Shown here: piece by piece, positions 10,088-20,619 of the stretch
How positions within the stretch are numbered: the stretch's first letter is position 1
How the letters are laid out: each line of letters starts with the position of its first letter
Assembly (NCBI GenBank): GCA_963832955.1
Contig: CAWHWC010000001.1
Span: forward strand, 89,851-153,850
Source of the DNA: an uncultured Actinomycetes bacterium
GTDB taxonomy: Bacteria > Actinomycetota > Thermoleophilia > Gaiellales > JAICJC01
Direction of reading: 5' to 3'
Length of the DNA: 64,000 nucleotides
Translations under genes and position numbers: made by a program
Notes under the pieces: generated by a model
What the model was told of the DNA's origin: nothing
The model's input: the letters and a program-made list of their open reading frames with translations, nothing else
Database searches by the model: none

Positions 10088-10275
10088 GCATCACCTTCTA
10101 CGACCTGTTCGAGCCGGAGGCCGAGGCCCCGGCTGCGGCAGCCACCGAGCCGCGATATCGGCTCGAGGTCGTCCTCGACTCCCGCGGCCGGCTGGTGTCG
10201 GCGCAGGCCGAGCCGGCGGCCGTCGGCCTGATCGACCACCTGGCGCGCGGCCTCGGCGTCGCCCCGCGGGCCTAG
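10084..10275 (+). CDS. Small hypothetical protein (63 aa)
   Basis: GTG at 10084 overlaps the VOC stop (GTGTGA). Almost every codon ends in G/C, so the frame looks coding. No recognisable domain. Confidence 0.4.
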   Translation: MSITFYDLFEPEAEAPAAAATEPRYRLEVVLDSRGRLVSAQAEPAAVGLIDHLARGLGVAPRA

Positions 10276-12876
10276 TCGCCGTCCCCGCCGCCCGACCCAG
10301 GCGCCGGAGCGGGCATATGCGAGTGGCGGCCGCGGATCGACCTCCAGATCGCCTCGTTCAGCACATGCTCGTCGGGCCCGTCGGGGATCGAGTAGTTCTG
10401 CGCGGCCGATGCCGCTGCGAGCGGCGAGCTGCGTCCGTTCCGCGGGTATCCGGGATCGCCGAACGGGATCACCCTGGTCGGAAGGACGTCGTACGGGCGC
10501 ATGTTCGGCCAGTTCGCAAATGACGGCCACATCCGCGTCCCGCGCTGGTCGAAGATGCTCATCGGCTCGAGCCCGAGGATGTCCTCGACCGTGCCGAGCA
10601 TCCCGGCGGTGTCGTAGTGCGTCGAGTCGACCCCCGCGTGCTGCGTGAATGGGCTGATGACGAGCGCGGTGGAGCGGTGGGCGTCGACGTGGTCGGGTCC
10701 GTCCTGGGCGTCGTCCTCGACGACGAAGATCGCCGTGCTCCGCCAGTAGCGGCTGTGCGAGACGGCGTCGACCAGCCGGCCGACGGCGACGTCGTTGTCG
10801 GCCTCGTAGGACGCCGGCGTTGCGGTGCCCGGCGTCGTCCCCTGGGTGTGGTCGTTGGGCAGGTACACAACCTCGAGGCCCGGCAGGTTGCCGTTTCGCT
10901 CGTACCCACGGAACTCGCGCTCCCACTCGGGCTCGCGAACCGCGTGGTCGGAGCAGTCGAGGTTCCAGCCCGGAAAGCGCGGGTCGACGTGCTCGCCGAA
11001 ACGGGCCTGGAGGTGGGTGAGGTCGGAGTAGACGGTGCCGCTGTGGCAGTTATGCGGGTCGTCCCACGGCGTGCCCTCGCCGTAGTCGCGGAAGCTGACG
11101 CCGTGCTTGTAGGCGTCGTCCCACAGGTAGCCGACGGTCGCGGCCGCCGCCGTCCTGGGCACCGTCGGGTCGCCGGCCAGCGGCTCCGAGGCGAACTGCT
11201 GTGCCAGCGGTACGAACTCGCTGTCGTAGCTTCGGTAGTAGGCCCAGGCGTAGTCGAACGGCCAGATCTTGTCCACATAGTCGGTGGCCGTCGCCTGGGT
11301 CGACCAGGGGTGGCCGTCCTGCGACACCTCCGCGTCGACGTAGAAATTGTCGAGCAGCGTGAACCGGCGCGCGAGGGCCCGCTGGTTCGGCGCCGACCCG
11401 TCCTTGAAGAGTGTCAGGGACGGGTCGCCGTTGCCCTTCCCCAGGTCGCCGAACACCTGGTCGTAGGTGCGGTTCTCCTTGATGACGTAGATCACGTGGT
11501 GGATCGCGCTCACCGCCGCGGGCATGTGCGCCCGCCGCTCCGCGACGTGGTTGTTGCGGCGCACCTCAGCCGTCCATCGCCGCAACCGGTGGGCGAACCC
11601 GTGGCCGTCGCGCAGGTCGATCACCTGCACCGACCCGCGGATCATCGTGCCGCTGTACTGGTTCTCGAAGTAGCCGGGCGAGTACTCGATGCCCGTGCCG
11701 CACCCCTGGGCCAGAAGCGGCGAGAACGGACCACACGGGTTCGGGCCCGCACCGAAGCCGTTGGTGTTCACGACCACGAGCCGGTGACCTCCGGGGGCGA
11801 TCTTGACGTCGGCCGGGTACCAGGCCGTCGGGATGAACCCGCGGACGCGGCGAGTGCCGAGGTCGACGACCGCCACGGCGTTCTCGCCCGCGTCGGCGAC
11901 ATAGAGCGTCCCGCCGTCGGGGCTGACCGACAGGCCCTCGGGCATCGACCCCTTCGGCGCTCCCGGCACGAGTGCAACGTCGATCGTGGCCGAGAGCCGG
12001 TCGCGGCGCGAGTCGAGCACGCTCACCGTGTCGCTCGAGGCATTCGCGGTGTAGATCTCGTCGTTCGTCGGGTTCGCGGCGATCGCCGTCGGGTGGTCGG
12101 CCTGGAGCGGATCGCCTGCCGGCGAGAGCCGGATCGTCTTCAGAACGCGCTGCGCGGCCGTGTCGATCACCGACACCGAGCGGCCGGTCCAGTTCGTGAC
12201 GTACGCCTTGGTCGCGGGGCGGTTGAAGGCGACGCCGAACGGGTCTCCCGGCGCGCCCAGGTCGATCGTGGCGGTGATCCGGCCGGTGTTGGGGTTGATC
12301 ACCGTGACCTGGTGACCGGGCGGATCCTCGTATGACCCGGTGGTGAAGGGGTCGCCGCCCAGGTTGTTCGCGACGTACAGGCGGTCGCCGAGCGGCGTGT
12401 GACCGTATGCGATCCCGGCGGGGAAGTGACCCGCCGGGATCGGCGCCGTCCGGCACGAACCTCCCCGCCGGGGTCACGTGGTAGGAGTGCAGGACGTCCT
12501 GACCGCCGCCAGAGGCCCACGCCCGCCGGCCGTCGGGGGAGAAGGCGACGCCGTAGAACACGGAGTGACCGCGGTGGCCGTTCATCACGCGCACGGCCGT
12601 CCGCGCCCGCGTGTCGATGTCGAACATCTCGAGCGTCTCGTCCTGCACCGCCTGCCCGCTCGACGTGACCAGCGCATGCCGGCCGTCGGGCGACAGCGCG
12701 ACGCCCCACGGGCCCGAGAGCCCCGGCCCGCTCGTGACGGTCAGGAGATGGCCCGCCGGCGTGACCCTCCACCCGGCCGGCGTGCGCGGGACATCAGATC
12801 CGCTCGCCGTTTCGGGCGCTCCCGCGCCGCAGATCGTCATGGCGACGACGAGGCCCACGAACACTCCACGCTTCAT
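10272..12876 (-). CDS. Secreted YncE-like beta-propeller fused to a phosphoesterase (PLC/AcpA-type) domain; apparent frameshift near 12441
   Basis: Signal peptide MKRGVFVGLVVAMTICGAGA plus propeller repeats (449-aa ORF) continue in another frame as IPAGHFPAGIAYGH...VINPNTGRIT (676-aa ORF). The phosphoesterase part carries HHVIYVIKENRTYDQVFGDL. Confidence 0.75.
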
Positions 12877-12931
12877 CCGATCCCCCTCGGACGCACGAAC
12901 GGCCTCGGCGATCATACGCCGGCAGGGCGCC

Positions 12932-14008
12932 TCACACGTTGAAGCGCACGTTCAGCACGTCGCCGTCCGCGACGACGTAGTCGCGCCCCTCGACGCGCAC
13001 CCAGCCGCGGCGCTTGGCCTCGACCTCCGAGCCGGCCTCGACGAGCCGGTCCCACTCGATGACCTCCGCACGGATGAACCCGCGGGCGAGGTCGGTGTGG
13101 ATGCGGCCCGCGGCCGCCTGCGCGTTCTGGCCGCGCCGGATCGTCCACGCGCGGGTCTCCTTGGGGCCCGTCGTGAAGAACGGGATCAGGTCGAGCAGCG
13201 TGTAGGTCGCGAGCGTGAGCCGGTCGAGCGCGGGCGACTCGATCCCGAGGTCGTCCAGGAACGCGCGGGCGTCGGCCTCGGGCAGCTCGCGCAGCTCCGC
13301 CTCGATCTTGGCGTTCACCGAGACGCACGGGGCACCGCGCTCGGCGGCGAACGCCTCGAGGGCGGCCACGTCGGCGGCGTTCCCGGAGTCGTCGACGTTC
13401 GCCAGGTAGAGCGTCGGCTTGGCCGTGAGGAGGTCGACCGTCGCGGGCACCGCGACGCCGGCCGACCGCGCCGGCCGGCCCGCCTCGAGCGCCGCGCGGA
13501 TCGCCTCGAGGGCCTCGCCCTCGGCGACGGCGTCGCGGTCGCCGCCCTTCGCCGCCTTGGCGACACGCTCGTGGCGGCGCTCGATCGCGGCCAGGTCGGC
13601 GAACGCCAGCTCGAGCTCGACGGTCTCGACGTCGCCCAGCGGATCGACGCTCCCGCCGGGATGGGCGACCGTCTCGTCGCGGAAGCAGCGCACGACGTGG
13701 AGCACCGCATCGGTCGAGCGGATCTGGCCGAGGAACTGGTTCCCGAGCCCCTCGCCGTGCGAGGCGCCGCGCACGAGGCCTGCGATGTCGACGACCCGGA
13801 GCGTCGCGGGCACGGTCTTGGCCGAGGCCGAGAGCCGGGTGAGCTCCCCCAGGCGCGGGTCGCGGACGTCGGCCTCGGCGTGGTTCGTCTCGACGGTCGA
13901 GAACATGTGCGGCGCCACTGCGGCGCCCGCCCCGGTGAGTGCGTTGAAGACGGTGGACTTGCCGCTGTTTGGGAGGCCGACGAGTCCCGCTTCGAGGCTC
14001 GACATCAC
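12932..14008 (-). CDS. ychF: Redox-regulated ribosome-binding ATPase YchF
   Basis: GLVGLPNSGKSTVFNALT P-loop. DIAGLVRGASHGEGLGNQFL. C-terminal TGS-like ...RVEGRDYVVADGDVLNVRFNV. Confidence 0.9.
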   Translation of the reverse strand: MMSSLEAGLVGLPNSGKSTVFNALTGAGAAVAPHMFSTVETNHAEADVRDPRLGELTRLSASAKTVPATLRVVDIAGLVRGASHGEGLGNQFLGQIRSTDAVLHVVRCFRDETVAHPGGSVDPLGDVETVELELAFADLAAIERRHERVAKAAKGGDRDAVAEGEALEAIRAALEAGRPARSAGVAVPATVDLLTAKPTLYLANVDDSGNAADVAALEAFAAERGAPCVSVNAKIEAELRELPEADARAFLDDLGIESPALDRLTLATYTLLDLIPFFTTGPKETRAWTIRRGQNAQAAAGRIHTDLARGFIRAEVIEWDRLVEAGSEVEAKRRGWVRVEGRDYVVADGDVLNVRFNV

Positions 14009-14424
14009 ACGGCCCCTGCGGCCGCGCCCGTCACGGTCCCGAGCGCCGCGCCGGCAACGACGTCACCCGGCCTGTGCGCGCCGACGTAGACGCGGCTCGC
14101 GGCCATGACGGCGGCGGCCGTCCACCAGACCGGCGCCAGCTCCGGCCGGGCCCGGGTCAGGGCGAACGCGGCTGCGACCGACATGGCGGCGTGGCTCGAG
14201 GGGAACGAGCTCGACGCCGGGAGCGGGATCAGCGCGTCGGCCGACGCGGGCCGCTCGCGGCCGACGGCGAGCTTCACGGCATAGTTCACGCCGAGCGTCC
14301 CCCACACCGTGGCGGCGACCCGGACGGGTGCTCCGCAGAGCGCGCCGACGACGACCCATCCGATCCCGTAATTGCCGGTGGTCGTGTAGGCGACCACCAC
14401 GCGGTCGAGCGCCGAACGGTTCAC
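14005..14424 (-). CDS. PAP2 family phosphatase
   Basis: KLAVGRERP...SFPSSHA...SRVYVGAHRPGDV tripartite PAP2 motif. 4-nt overlap with ychF. Confidence 0.75.
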   Translation of the reverse strand: MNRSALDRVVVAYTTTGNYGIGWVVVGALCGAPVRVAATVWGTLGVNYAVKLAVGRERPASADALIPLPASSSFPSSHAAMSVAAAFALTRARPELAPVWWTAAAVMAASRVYVGAHRPGDVVAGAALGTVTGAAAGAV

Positions 14425-14536
14425 GAGATGGTTGGTTCCCGGTACACGTGATGTTCAGCCGCAGCCACGCCAGCGTCCGGACAACCCGACGCAGTCGGAC
14501 GTCCAGGCGCAGGTGAATCGGGAACCACCCATCTCT

Positions 14537-14755
14537 CTAGAAGCCGACGCGGCCGACGTGCGCCTCGCGCTTCACATAGCCCACCTTCGAGACGTCGATG
14601 TGGTAGGTGGTTTCGTCGGGCCCGGAGATCTTGGCGACGCCCTTGCCGGCGTCGAGCGCCGCCTCGAGCTTCGCCCACTCGCCGGCTTCCAGCTTCGTGA
14701 TCACGATCAGCCCGCTGTCGAACCCGAGCTCGACCCGGGACATGTCATCAGCCAT
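14537..14755 (-). CDS. Small conserved protein, DUF3107-like
   Basis: 72 aa; ...YHIDVSKVGYVKREAHVGRVGF resembles the C-terminus of actinobacterial DUF3107 proteins. Overlaps the stop of the epimerase gene. Confidence 0.45.
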   Translation of the reverse strand: MADDMSRVELGFDSGLIVITKLEAGEWAKLEAALDAGKGVAKISGPDETTYHIDVSKVGYVKREAHVGRVGF

Positions 14756-15167
14756 CGACCGCTCCTTCGAGTTGCACGTATTCGACCAGCACGCCGGCGA
14801 CGCTGGAGGGATGGATGAACGCGACCTCGAGCCCGAAGAGGCCGGCGTGGGGCTCCTCGTCGATCAGCTCGGCGCCGGCGGCAACGGCGTCGCGGAGCGC
14901 CGTCCGGATGTCGTCTACCGCATAGGCAACATGGTGCATCCCCGGTCCCCGGCTCGCCATGAACCGGCCCACCGGAGTGTCGTCTCCGAGGGGCCGCAGG
15001 AGCTCGACGCAGTCGCTCCCGACACGGAGCGACACCGCTTCGACCCCCTGCTCCGGCACGGTCTCGTGATGCTCCGTCACCGCGCCGAAGAGCCGCTGGT
15101 ACACGTCCACGGCGGCCGCCATGTCGTCGACGGCGTGCCCGATATGATGGAACCCGCGGGGGCGCAT
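14748..15167 (-). CDS. mce: Methylmalonyl-CoA epimerase (VOC family)
   Basis: FHHIGHAVDDMAAAVDVYQRLFG...GVEAVSLRVGSDCVELL...GPGMHHVAYAVDDI...FIHP. Confidence 0.85.
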   Translation of the reverse strand: MRPRGFHHIGHAVDDMAAAVDVYQRLFGAVTEHHETVPEQGVEAVSLRVGSDCVELLRPLGDDTPVGRFMASRGPGMHHVAYAVDDIRTALRDAVAAGAELIDEEPHAGLFGLEVAFIHPSSVAGVLVEYVQLEGAVDG

Positions 15168-15209
15168 TGCGCCCCCATCCTAGGAGACGGCTACCCGCAG
15201 GGGGCACCG

Positions 15210-15632
15210 ATGGGGTTTCTCGACAAGATCAAGCAGCAGGCCACGGACGTCGCATCGACGGTGGCCGAGAAGACGCAGGAGACGGCCAAGGTCGGCCAGA
15301 TGCAGATGCAGCTTCGCAGCCTGAAGGGCGAGGAGAAGGAGGCGTTCGCCGACTTCGGCCGCCAGGCGTACGGCCTTCACCGCGACGGCGCGCTCGCCGA
15401 GCGCTCGGGCGAGCTCGCGTCGGGTGCCGCGCGGATCTCCGACCTCCAGTCGCAGATCGCGGCCAAGGAGCAGGAGATCGCAGACGTGAAGGGGGACGAG
15501 GGCTCCGAGACCGTGGAGGGCTCCGCCGAGGAGGTCGCCGAGCCGACTTCGGACGCGCCGCCACCACCGCCACCGCCGGCCGCGGACGCACGCCACCGCC
15601 GCCGCCTCCCACCGCCCCCTCCGGCCGAGTAG
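15210..15632 (+). CDS. Coiled-coil protein with proline-rich tail, hypothetical
   Basis: ATG at 15210. MGFLDKIKQQATDVASTVAEKTQETAKVGQMQMQLRSLKGEE... The stop directly abuts the convergent ftsH stop. Confidence 0.5.
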   Translation: MGFLDKIKQQATDVASTVAEKTQETAKVGQMQMQLRSLKGEEKEAFADFGRQAYGLHRDGALAERSGELASGAARISDLQSQIAAKEQEIADVKGDEGSETVEGSAEEVAEPTSDAPPPPPPPAADARHRRRLPPPPPAE

Positions 15633-17210
15633 CTACCGAGCAGCCAGGCTGCCGTGGCCGTTGGCCTCGGGAGCCGTGAGCTCGACGCCGACGTCGAGCG
15701 ACGAGTTCGACTCGGGCTGGAGGCCCTCGAGCAACCGGTCGATCTCGGGCCGCTCGAGCGTCTCGTGCGCGAGCAGGCCCTGCGCCAGCTTGTCGAGGTA
15801 CGGGCGATACCGCTCGACGAGCCCGAGCGCGTCGCGGTAGGCCGCATCGGTGATCGCGCGCTGCTCGGCGTCGCGCAGGCGCTTCGTCTCCTCCGAGAGC
15901 GCGTAGTCGTCGGCGCGCACCTGGAGGTGCGGGACGCTCGCCCCCATGCCCCACTCGAAGACCATCGCCCGCGCGATCTGGGTCGCGCGATCGAGATCGT
16001 TGGCCGCTCCGTTCGTGATCCGGCCGAACACGACCTGCTCGGCCGCCCGGCCCGCCAGGATCACCTTCAGCCAGTCGCGCAGCTCCTCGGTCGACTGGAG
16101 GTAGCGATCCTCCTCCGGCAGGTTGAGCGTGTATCCGAGCGCGTGGCCGCGGGGCACGATCGTGACCTTGTGCAGCTGCATCGCATCGCCCATGAGCCTG
16201 GCCACGAGCGCGTGGCCGGCCTCGTGGTAGGCGATCACGCGCTTCTCCTTGTCGGTGATGAGCTTGCGCTGGAGGAGGCCCGCGACCACGCGGTCGAGCG
16301 CGTCGTCGAAGTCGGCGCTCGTGATCTGCTCGCGCGCCGACCGGCCGGCGAAGATCGCCGCCTCGTTCGCCAGGTTCGCAAGGTCGGCACCCGTCAGCCC
16401 CGACGTGCGGCGGGCGACCTCGTGCAGGTCGACGCTCGAGTCGAGCGGCTTCCCGCGCGTGTGCACGGCCAGGATCTGCTCGCGGCCGCGCAGGTCGGGG
16501 AGCGCCACGCCCACGTGCCGGTCGAAACGGCCGGGGCGAAGGAGCGCGGGATCGAGATCCTGGAGGCGGTTCGACGCGCCGATCACCACGAGCCGCTGGC
16601 TCTCGTCAAACCCGTCCAGCTCGACGAGAAGCTGGTTCAGCGTCTGGTTGTGCTCCTGGGACGACGGCCCCCCCGAGCGCTGGCCGCCGACGGCGTCGAG
16701 CTCGTCGATGAAGATGATCGCGGGCTGGTTCTTCCGCGCCGTCGAGAACAGGCGCCGGATGCGGGCAGCGCCGACTCCGACGAACATCTCGACGAACGCC
16801 GAGGCGCTCTGGAAGTAGAACGTCGCGCCCGACTCGTGGGCGATCGCCTTGGCGAGAAGCGTCTTCCCCGTCCCGGGCGGCCCATAGAGGAGCACGCCGC
16901 GCGGGACGCGCGCACCGAGCTTCTCGAACCGGTCGGGATGGCGCAGGAACTCCACCACCTCCTGGAGCTCGGCCCTGACCTCGTCGACGCCCGCAACGTC
17001 CTCCCAGCGCACCGCCGAGTCAGACCGCGGCGTGATCTCGATCGGCTTCGTGTTGGGCATCATCCTGAGCATCCGCCAGCTGATGTAGACGAGCAGGGCG
17101 AACAGGATCGGGATGATCCAGGCAATCGCGAGCTGGGCGAGCGCAGACAGCAGATCCCGGACGGTGTCCAAGAGCGCATGCGCCGACGGCATCGTGAAGA
17201 GGACGTCCAC
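15633..17210 (-). CDS. ftsH: FtsH-like AAA+ zinc metalloprotease (short form, single N-terminal TM)
   Basis: GPPGTGKTLLAKAIA Walker A, IIFIDELDA Walker B, SRH region, HEAGHALVA zinc site. Only 525 aa. Confidence 0.85.
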   Translation of the reverse strand: MDVLFTMPSAHALLDTVRDLLSALAQLAIAWIIPILFALLVYISWRMLRMMPNTKPIEITPRSDSAVRWEDVAGVDEVRAELQEVVEFLRHPDRFEKLGARVPRGVLLYGPPGTGKTLLAKAIAHESGATFYFQSASAFVEMFVGVGAARIRRLFSTARKNQPAIIFIDELDAVGGQRSGGPSSQEHNQTLNQLLVELDGFDESQRLVVIGASNRLQDLDPALLRPGRFDRHVGVALPDLRGREQILAVHTRGKPLDSSVDLHEVARRTSGLTGADLANLANEAAIFAGRSAREQITSADFDDALDRVVAGLLQRKLITDKEKRVIAYHEAGHALVARLMGDAMQLHKVTIVPRGHALGYTLNLPEEDRYLQSTEELRDWLKVILAGRAAEQVVFGRITNGAANDLDRATQIARAMVFEWGMGASVPHLQVRADDYALSEETKRLRDAEQRAITDAAYRDALGLVERYRPYLDKLAQGLLAHETLERPEIDRLLEGLQPESNSSLDVGVELTAPEANGHGSLAAR

Positions 17211-17242
17211 CCACCCAGGGTACCTGTCCCTGGGGTACGTGC

Positions 17243-18037
17243 CTAGGTCTGCGCCACGCCCTCGAGCCGCAGCACCTCGCCGAGCGCCGCCTCGGCGACC
17301 TCGAGCTCGGCGGCCGTCGGCTCGCGGGTCGCCGCGACCCGCTGGAGCTCGAAGCCCGGCCGTCGCAGCGCGCGGGCGACGGGGTGCTCGCGGTGGCGCC
17401 CCATCCAGCCGAACGCCTCGGTGGCGGCGCCGAGCGCCGCCACGCCGACCGCCAGCCGGGCCGGCCCGCGGCGCGACTCCGGAAGCCGGCTCGCGAGCAC
17501 GTTGCCGGCGGCGGTGAGCACCACGATCGGGCCCACCATGTGCGAGCCGCAGCGCTCGTGCTCCTTCGTGGCATCCACCGCGTCGGTGCCCTTCTCGTAG
17601 GCCCCGATCGCCTTGTGCTCGGCGCCGTGATACCCGGCGATCTCGGAGCCGCGAAGCGCCATGAGCGCGGGAGCCAGCGCCGCCGCGGCGGCCAGCGACT
17701 CGCCGACGATCGGATGCAGACGGCTTCTCCGCACGGCCTGGGCGAGAATCGCCGAGCCGGCCAGCGCGGCACCCATCCCCGGCCCCTCGACCGGGAGCCG
17801 CGCCTCGGGCAGGCGCCGCCGCACGACGGGGAGCAGGAGGGCCGCCTCCGCCATCCGCGCGACGCCGCGCAGGAGCGGCGTGCGGGTCAGCGCGTCGGGG
17901 AGGTCGGGCTTGCGGCCGGATGCGACCTTCACCTCGCCATCGGCGGCGCGCACCGCCGCCGCCCAGTGGTCGAGGCTATGGACGAGGATGCCGTTTCGGA
18001 GCGCCATCCCACCGAGCCGGATGGGCGCCGTGCTCAC
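17243..18037 (-). CDS. DUF1385 domain membrane protein
   Basis: IRLGGMALRNGILVHS...YHGAEHKAIGAYE...HERCGSHM conserved DUF1385 motifs. GTG at 18035-18037 in GTGA overlap with the M20 gene stop. Confidence 0.8.
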   Translation of the reverse strand: MSTAPIRLGGMALRNGILVHSLDHWAAAVRAADGEVKVASGRKPDLPDALTRTPLLRGVARMAEAALLLPVVRRRLPEARLPVEGPGMGAALAGSAILAQAVRRSRLHPIVGESLAAAAALAPALMALRGSEIAGYHGAEHKAIGAYEKGTDAVDATKEHERCGSHMVGPIVVLTAAGNVLASRLPESRRGPARLAVGVAALGAATEAFGWMGRHREHPVARALRRPGFELQRVAATREPTAAELEVAEAALGEVLRLEGVAQT

Positions 18038-19344
18038 GCCGGCTCCCCCATCGCCCGCACGACGTGCCTGAAGAAGCGCGTGCCGAGCTCGAGGTCGTCC
18101 ATCGCAGCCCGCTCGTCGGCGGAGTGGACGAGCGACCCGGCGAGCATCGGATCCATGCGCATCGGCATGAAGCCGTACGCCACCGACCCGAAGGCCTCGC
18201 GCATGAAATGGCTGTCGGTGAAGCCGGCGTTCACCATCGGGGCCAGCGACGCACCGGGCTCGATCTCCGGCGCGAAGTCCTCGATCACCCGGTAGAGCGG
18301 CGTGTCCTGCGGCGAGAGGGTGCCGCCCACGTTCTCGACGATCTCGAACTCGTGCTCGATCCCGGCCAGCTCCGCCCGGACCGCCTGCTCGATCTGATCC
18401 GTGGTCATCCCGGGGAGGATCCGGCAGTCGCACACGAGCCGAGCCTTGCCGGGAATGATGTTGACGGCGGTCGAGGCCTCGGCGATGGTCGGCGCGATCG
18501 TCGCCCCCAGCATCGGCTCGACGGCCGCGGCCAGAAGCGGGGTCTCCGTCCGGCAGCGGGCGACGAGCTCGGCGGGGTCGGCGCCCTCCTCGCCGATCGC
18601 CGCCAGGAAGGTGTGCAGCGCCGGCAGCTCGGCCACCGGAGGGCGCATCCGCTGCATCCGGTCGATCACCGGGACGAGTTTCACGAGCGCGTTGTCGGCG
18701 GCGCCGGGCGTCGACGCGTGGCCGCTCTTGCCGCGGACGGTGATCGCAAACGCGGAGCAGCGCTTCTCGCCGATCCCGATGCTGTAGGCGACGCGGCCGT
18801 TGTGCTCGATCCGCTCGCCGCCGCCCTCGTTCACGACGTAGTCGGCCCGCACCAGGTCAGGGTGCGCCTCGACGAGCCAGGAGAGCCCGACGCCGGCGCC
18901 GACCTCCTCGTCGGCCACCGCGCACAGGATCAGGTCGCCGGCGCCGCGCCAGCCCTCCCGGGCCAGCATCGCCATCGCGACCGCCTCGGCCGCCACCTGG
19001 CCCTTCATGTCGAGTGCGCCGCGACCCCAGATGAACCCCTCGCGCTCGAGACCCGAGTGCGGCGGCACCGACCAGTCGTCGGGATCGACTCCGACCGTGT
19101 CGGTGTGGCCGAGCAGCATGAGCGAGGGCCCATCGCCCGTGCCGGGGATCCGCGCCACGAGCGACCCGCGGTCGGGCGTGGGGCCGACGATCTGCGACTC
19201 GATCCCGGCGGCCGCCAGGTATGCGGCGAGGTGCTCGGCCGCCGCCGTCTCGTTGCCCGGCGGATTGATCGTGTCGATGCGGATCAGCTCCGCGAGGAGC
19301 CGACTGGTCTCGGTGCGCACATCGGCCGCGATCATCGTCCGCAC
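18034..19344 (-). CDS. M20/M25/M40 family metallopeptidase
   Basis: LIRIDTINPPGNE...LLGHTDTV...WGRGALDMKGQ...VADEEVG... Confidence 0.85.
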   Translation of the reverse strand: MRTMIAADVRTETSRLLAELIRIDTINPPGNETAAAEHLAAYLAAAGIESQIVGPTPDRGSLVARIPGTGDGPSLMLLGHTDTVGVDPDDWSVPPHSGLEREGFIWGRGALDMKGQVAAEAVAMAMLAREGWRGAGDLILCAVADEEVGAGVGLSWLVEAHPDLVRADYVVNEGGGERIEHNGRVAYSIGIGEKRCSAFAITVRGKSGHASTPGAADNALVKLVPVIDRMQRMRPPVAELPALHTFLAAIGEEGADPAELVARCRTETPLLAAAVEPMLGATIAPTIAEASTAVNIIPGKARLVCDCRILPGMTTDQIEQAVRAELAGIEHEFEIVENVGGTLSPQDTPLYRVIEDFAPEIEPGASLAPMVNAGFTDSHFMREAFGSVAYGFMPMRMDPMLAGSLVHSADERAAMDDLELGTRFFRHVVRAMGEPA

Positions 19345-19373
19345 GGTACACGATGGTGCCGAGTAGATTCCTC

Positions 19374-20619
19374 ATGGTGACCGGCGATCTCTTCTCCCAT
19401 TCGGCGGAGTCGCGCCTCGAGCGCGTGGCGCCGCTCGCCCAGCGGCTCCGGCCCGGCACGATCGACGAGTTCGTGGGCCAGGCCGGAGTCGTCGGCGAGG
19501 GCAGCGCGCTCCGGCGCGCCATCGCCAAGGACAGCATCCCGTCGATGATCTTCTACGGCCCGCCCGGCAGCGGCAAGACGACGCTGGCCCGGATCGTGGC
19601 CCACACCACCGAGGCCCACTTCGAGGAGCTTTCGGCGGTGCAGGTCGGCGTGGCCGACGTCCGCCGCGTGCTCGGCGAGGCGCGCGACCGGCTCGGCGCC
19701 AACGGGCAGCGCACGATCCTCTTCCTTGACGAGATCCACCGGTTCAACAAGGGCCAGCAGGACGCCCTCCTGCCTGCGGTCGAGTCCGGCCTCGTCACGC
19801 TGATCGGCGCGACCACCGAGAACCCCTACTTCGAGGTGAACTCGGCGCTCCTCTCGCGCTGCCAGCTCTTCCAGCTCGACCTCCTGACCGAGGACGACCT
19901 GACGGCGATCGTGCGCCGCGGCGAGGGAGCGCTCGGCGTGGAGCTCTCGACAGAGGCGCGCGAGGCGACCGTCCACTCGGCCGGCGGGGATGCCCGGAAC
20001 GCCCTCAACATCCTCGAGGCGGCCGTCGGCGCGGCCGGCGACGGGCCGGTCACGCCCGAGCACGTCCGCGACGCGGCCCGCAAGCGGCCGCTCCTCTACG
20101 ACAAGGGCGGAGACCAGCACTACGACGTCATCTCGGCCTTCATCAAGAGCATGCGCGGCTCCGACACCGACGCCTCGATCTACTACCTCGCGCGTCATGC
20201 TCGAGGGCGGCGAGGACCCGCGGTTCGTCGCTCGCCGAATGGTCGTGTTCGCGTCCGAGGACGTGGGCAACGCCGACCCGCGGGCGCTCGAGGTCGCCGT
20301 CGCCGCGGCCCGGGCCGTCGAGTTCGTCGGCATGCCGGAATGCCGCATCAACCTGAGCCAGGCGGCGGCGTACCTCGCCCGGGCGCCGAAGTCGAATGCG
20401 TCGTACGTCGCCATCGCAAGCGCCATGCGCGATGTGCGCGAGCGCGGCAACCTGCGCCCTCCGCCGGCGCTCCGCGATGCGTCCTACGCCGGCGCGAAGC
20501 GGCTCGGCCACGGCGCCGGCTACGTCTATCCGCACGACCGGCCCGACGAGGCGGCGGCCCAGCAGTACCTGCCCGACGATCTCGTCGGGACGCGCTACTA
20601 CCCGGAGGACGCGCCGTAG
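19374..20619 (+). CDS. rarA: Replication-associated recombination protein A (RarA/MgsA); apparent +1 frameshift near 20196
   Basis: [17 protein letters not shown]...[13 protein letters not shown]...[19 protein letters not shown] in the 499-aa ORF. The conserved C-terminus (R)[28 protein letters not shown] continues in the 209-aa ORF frame. Confidence 0.85.
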
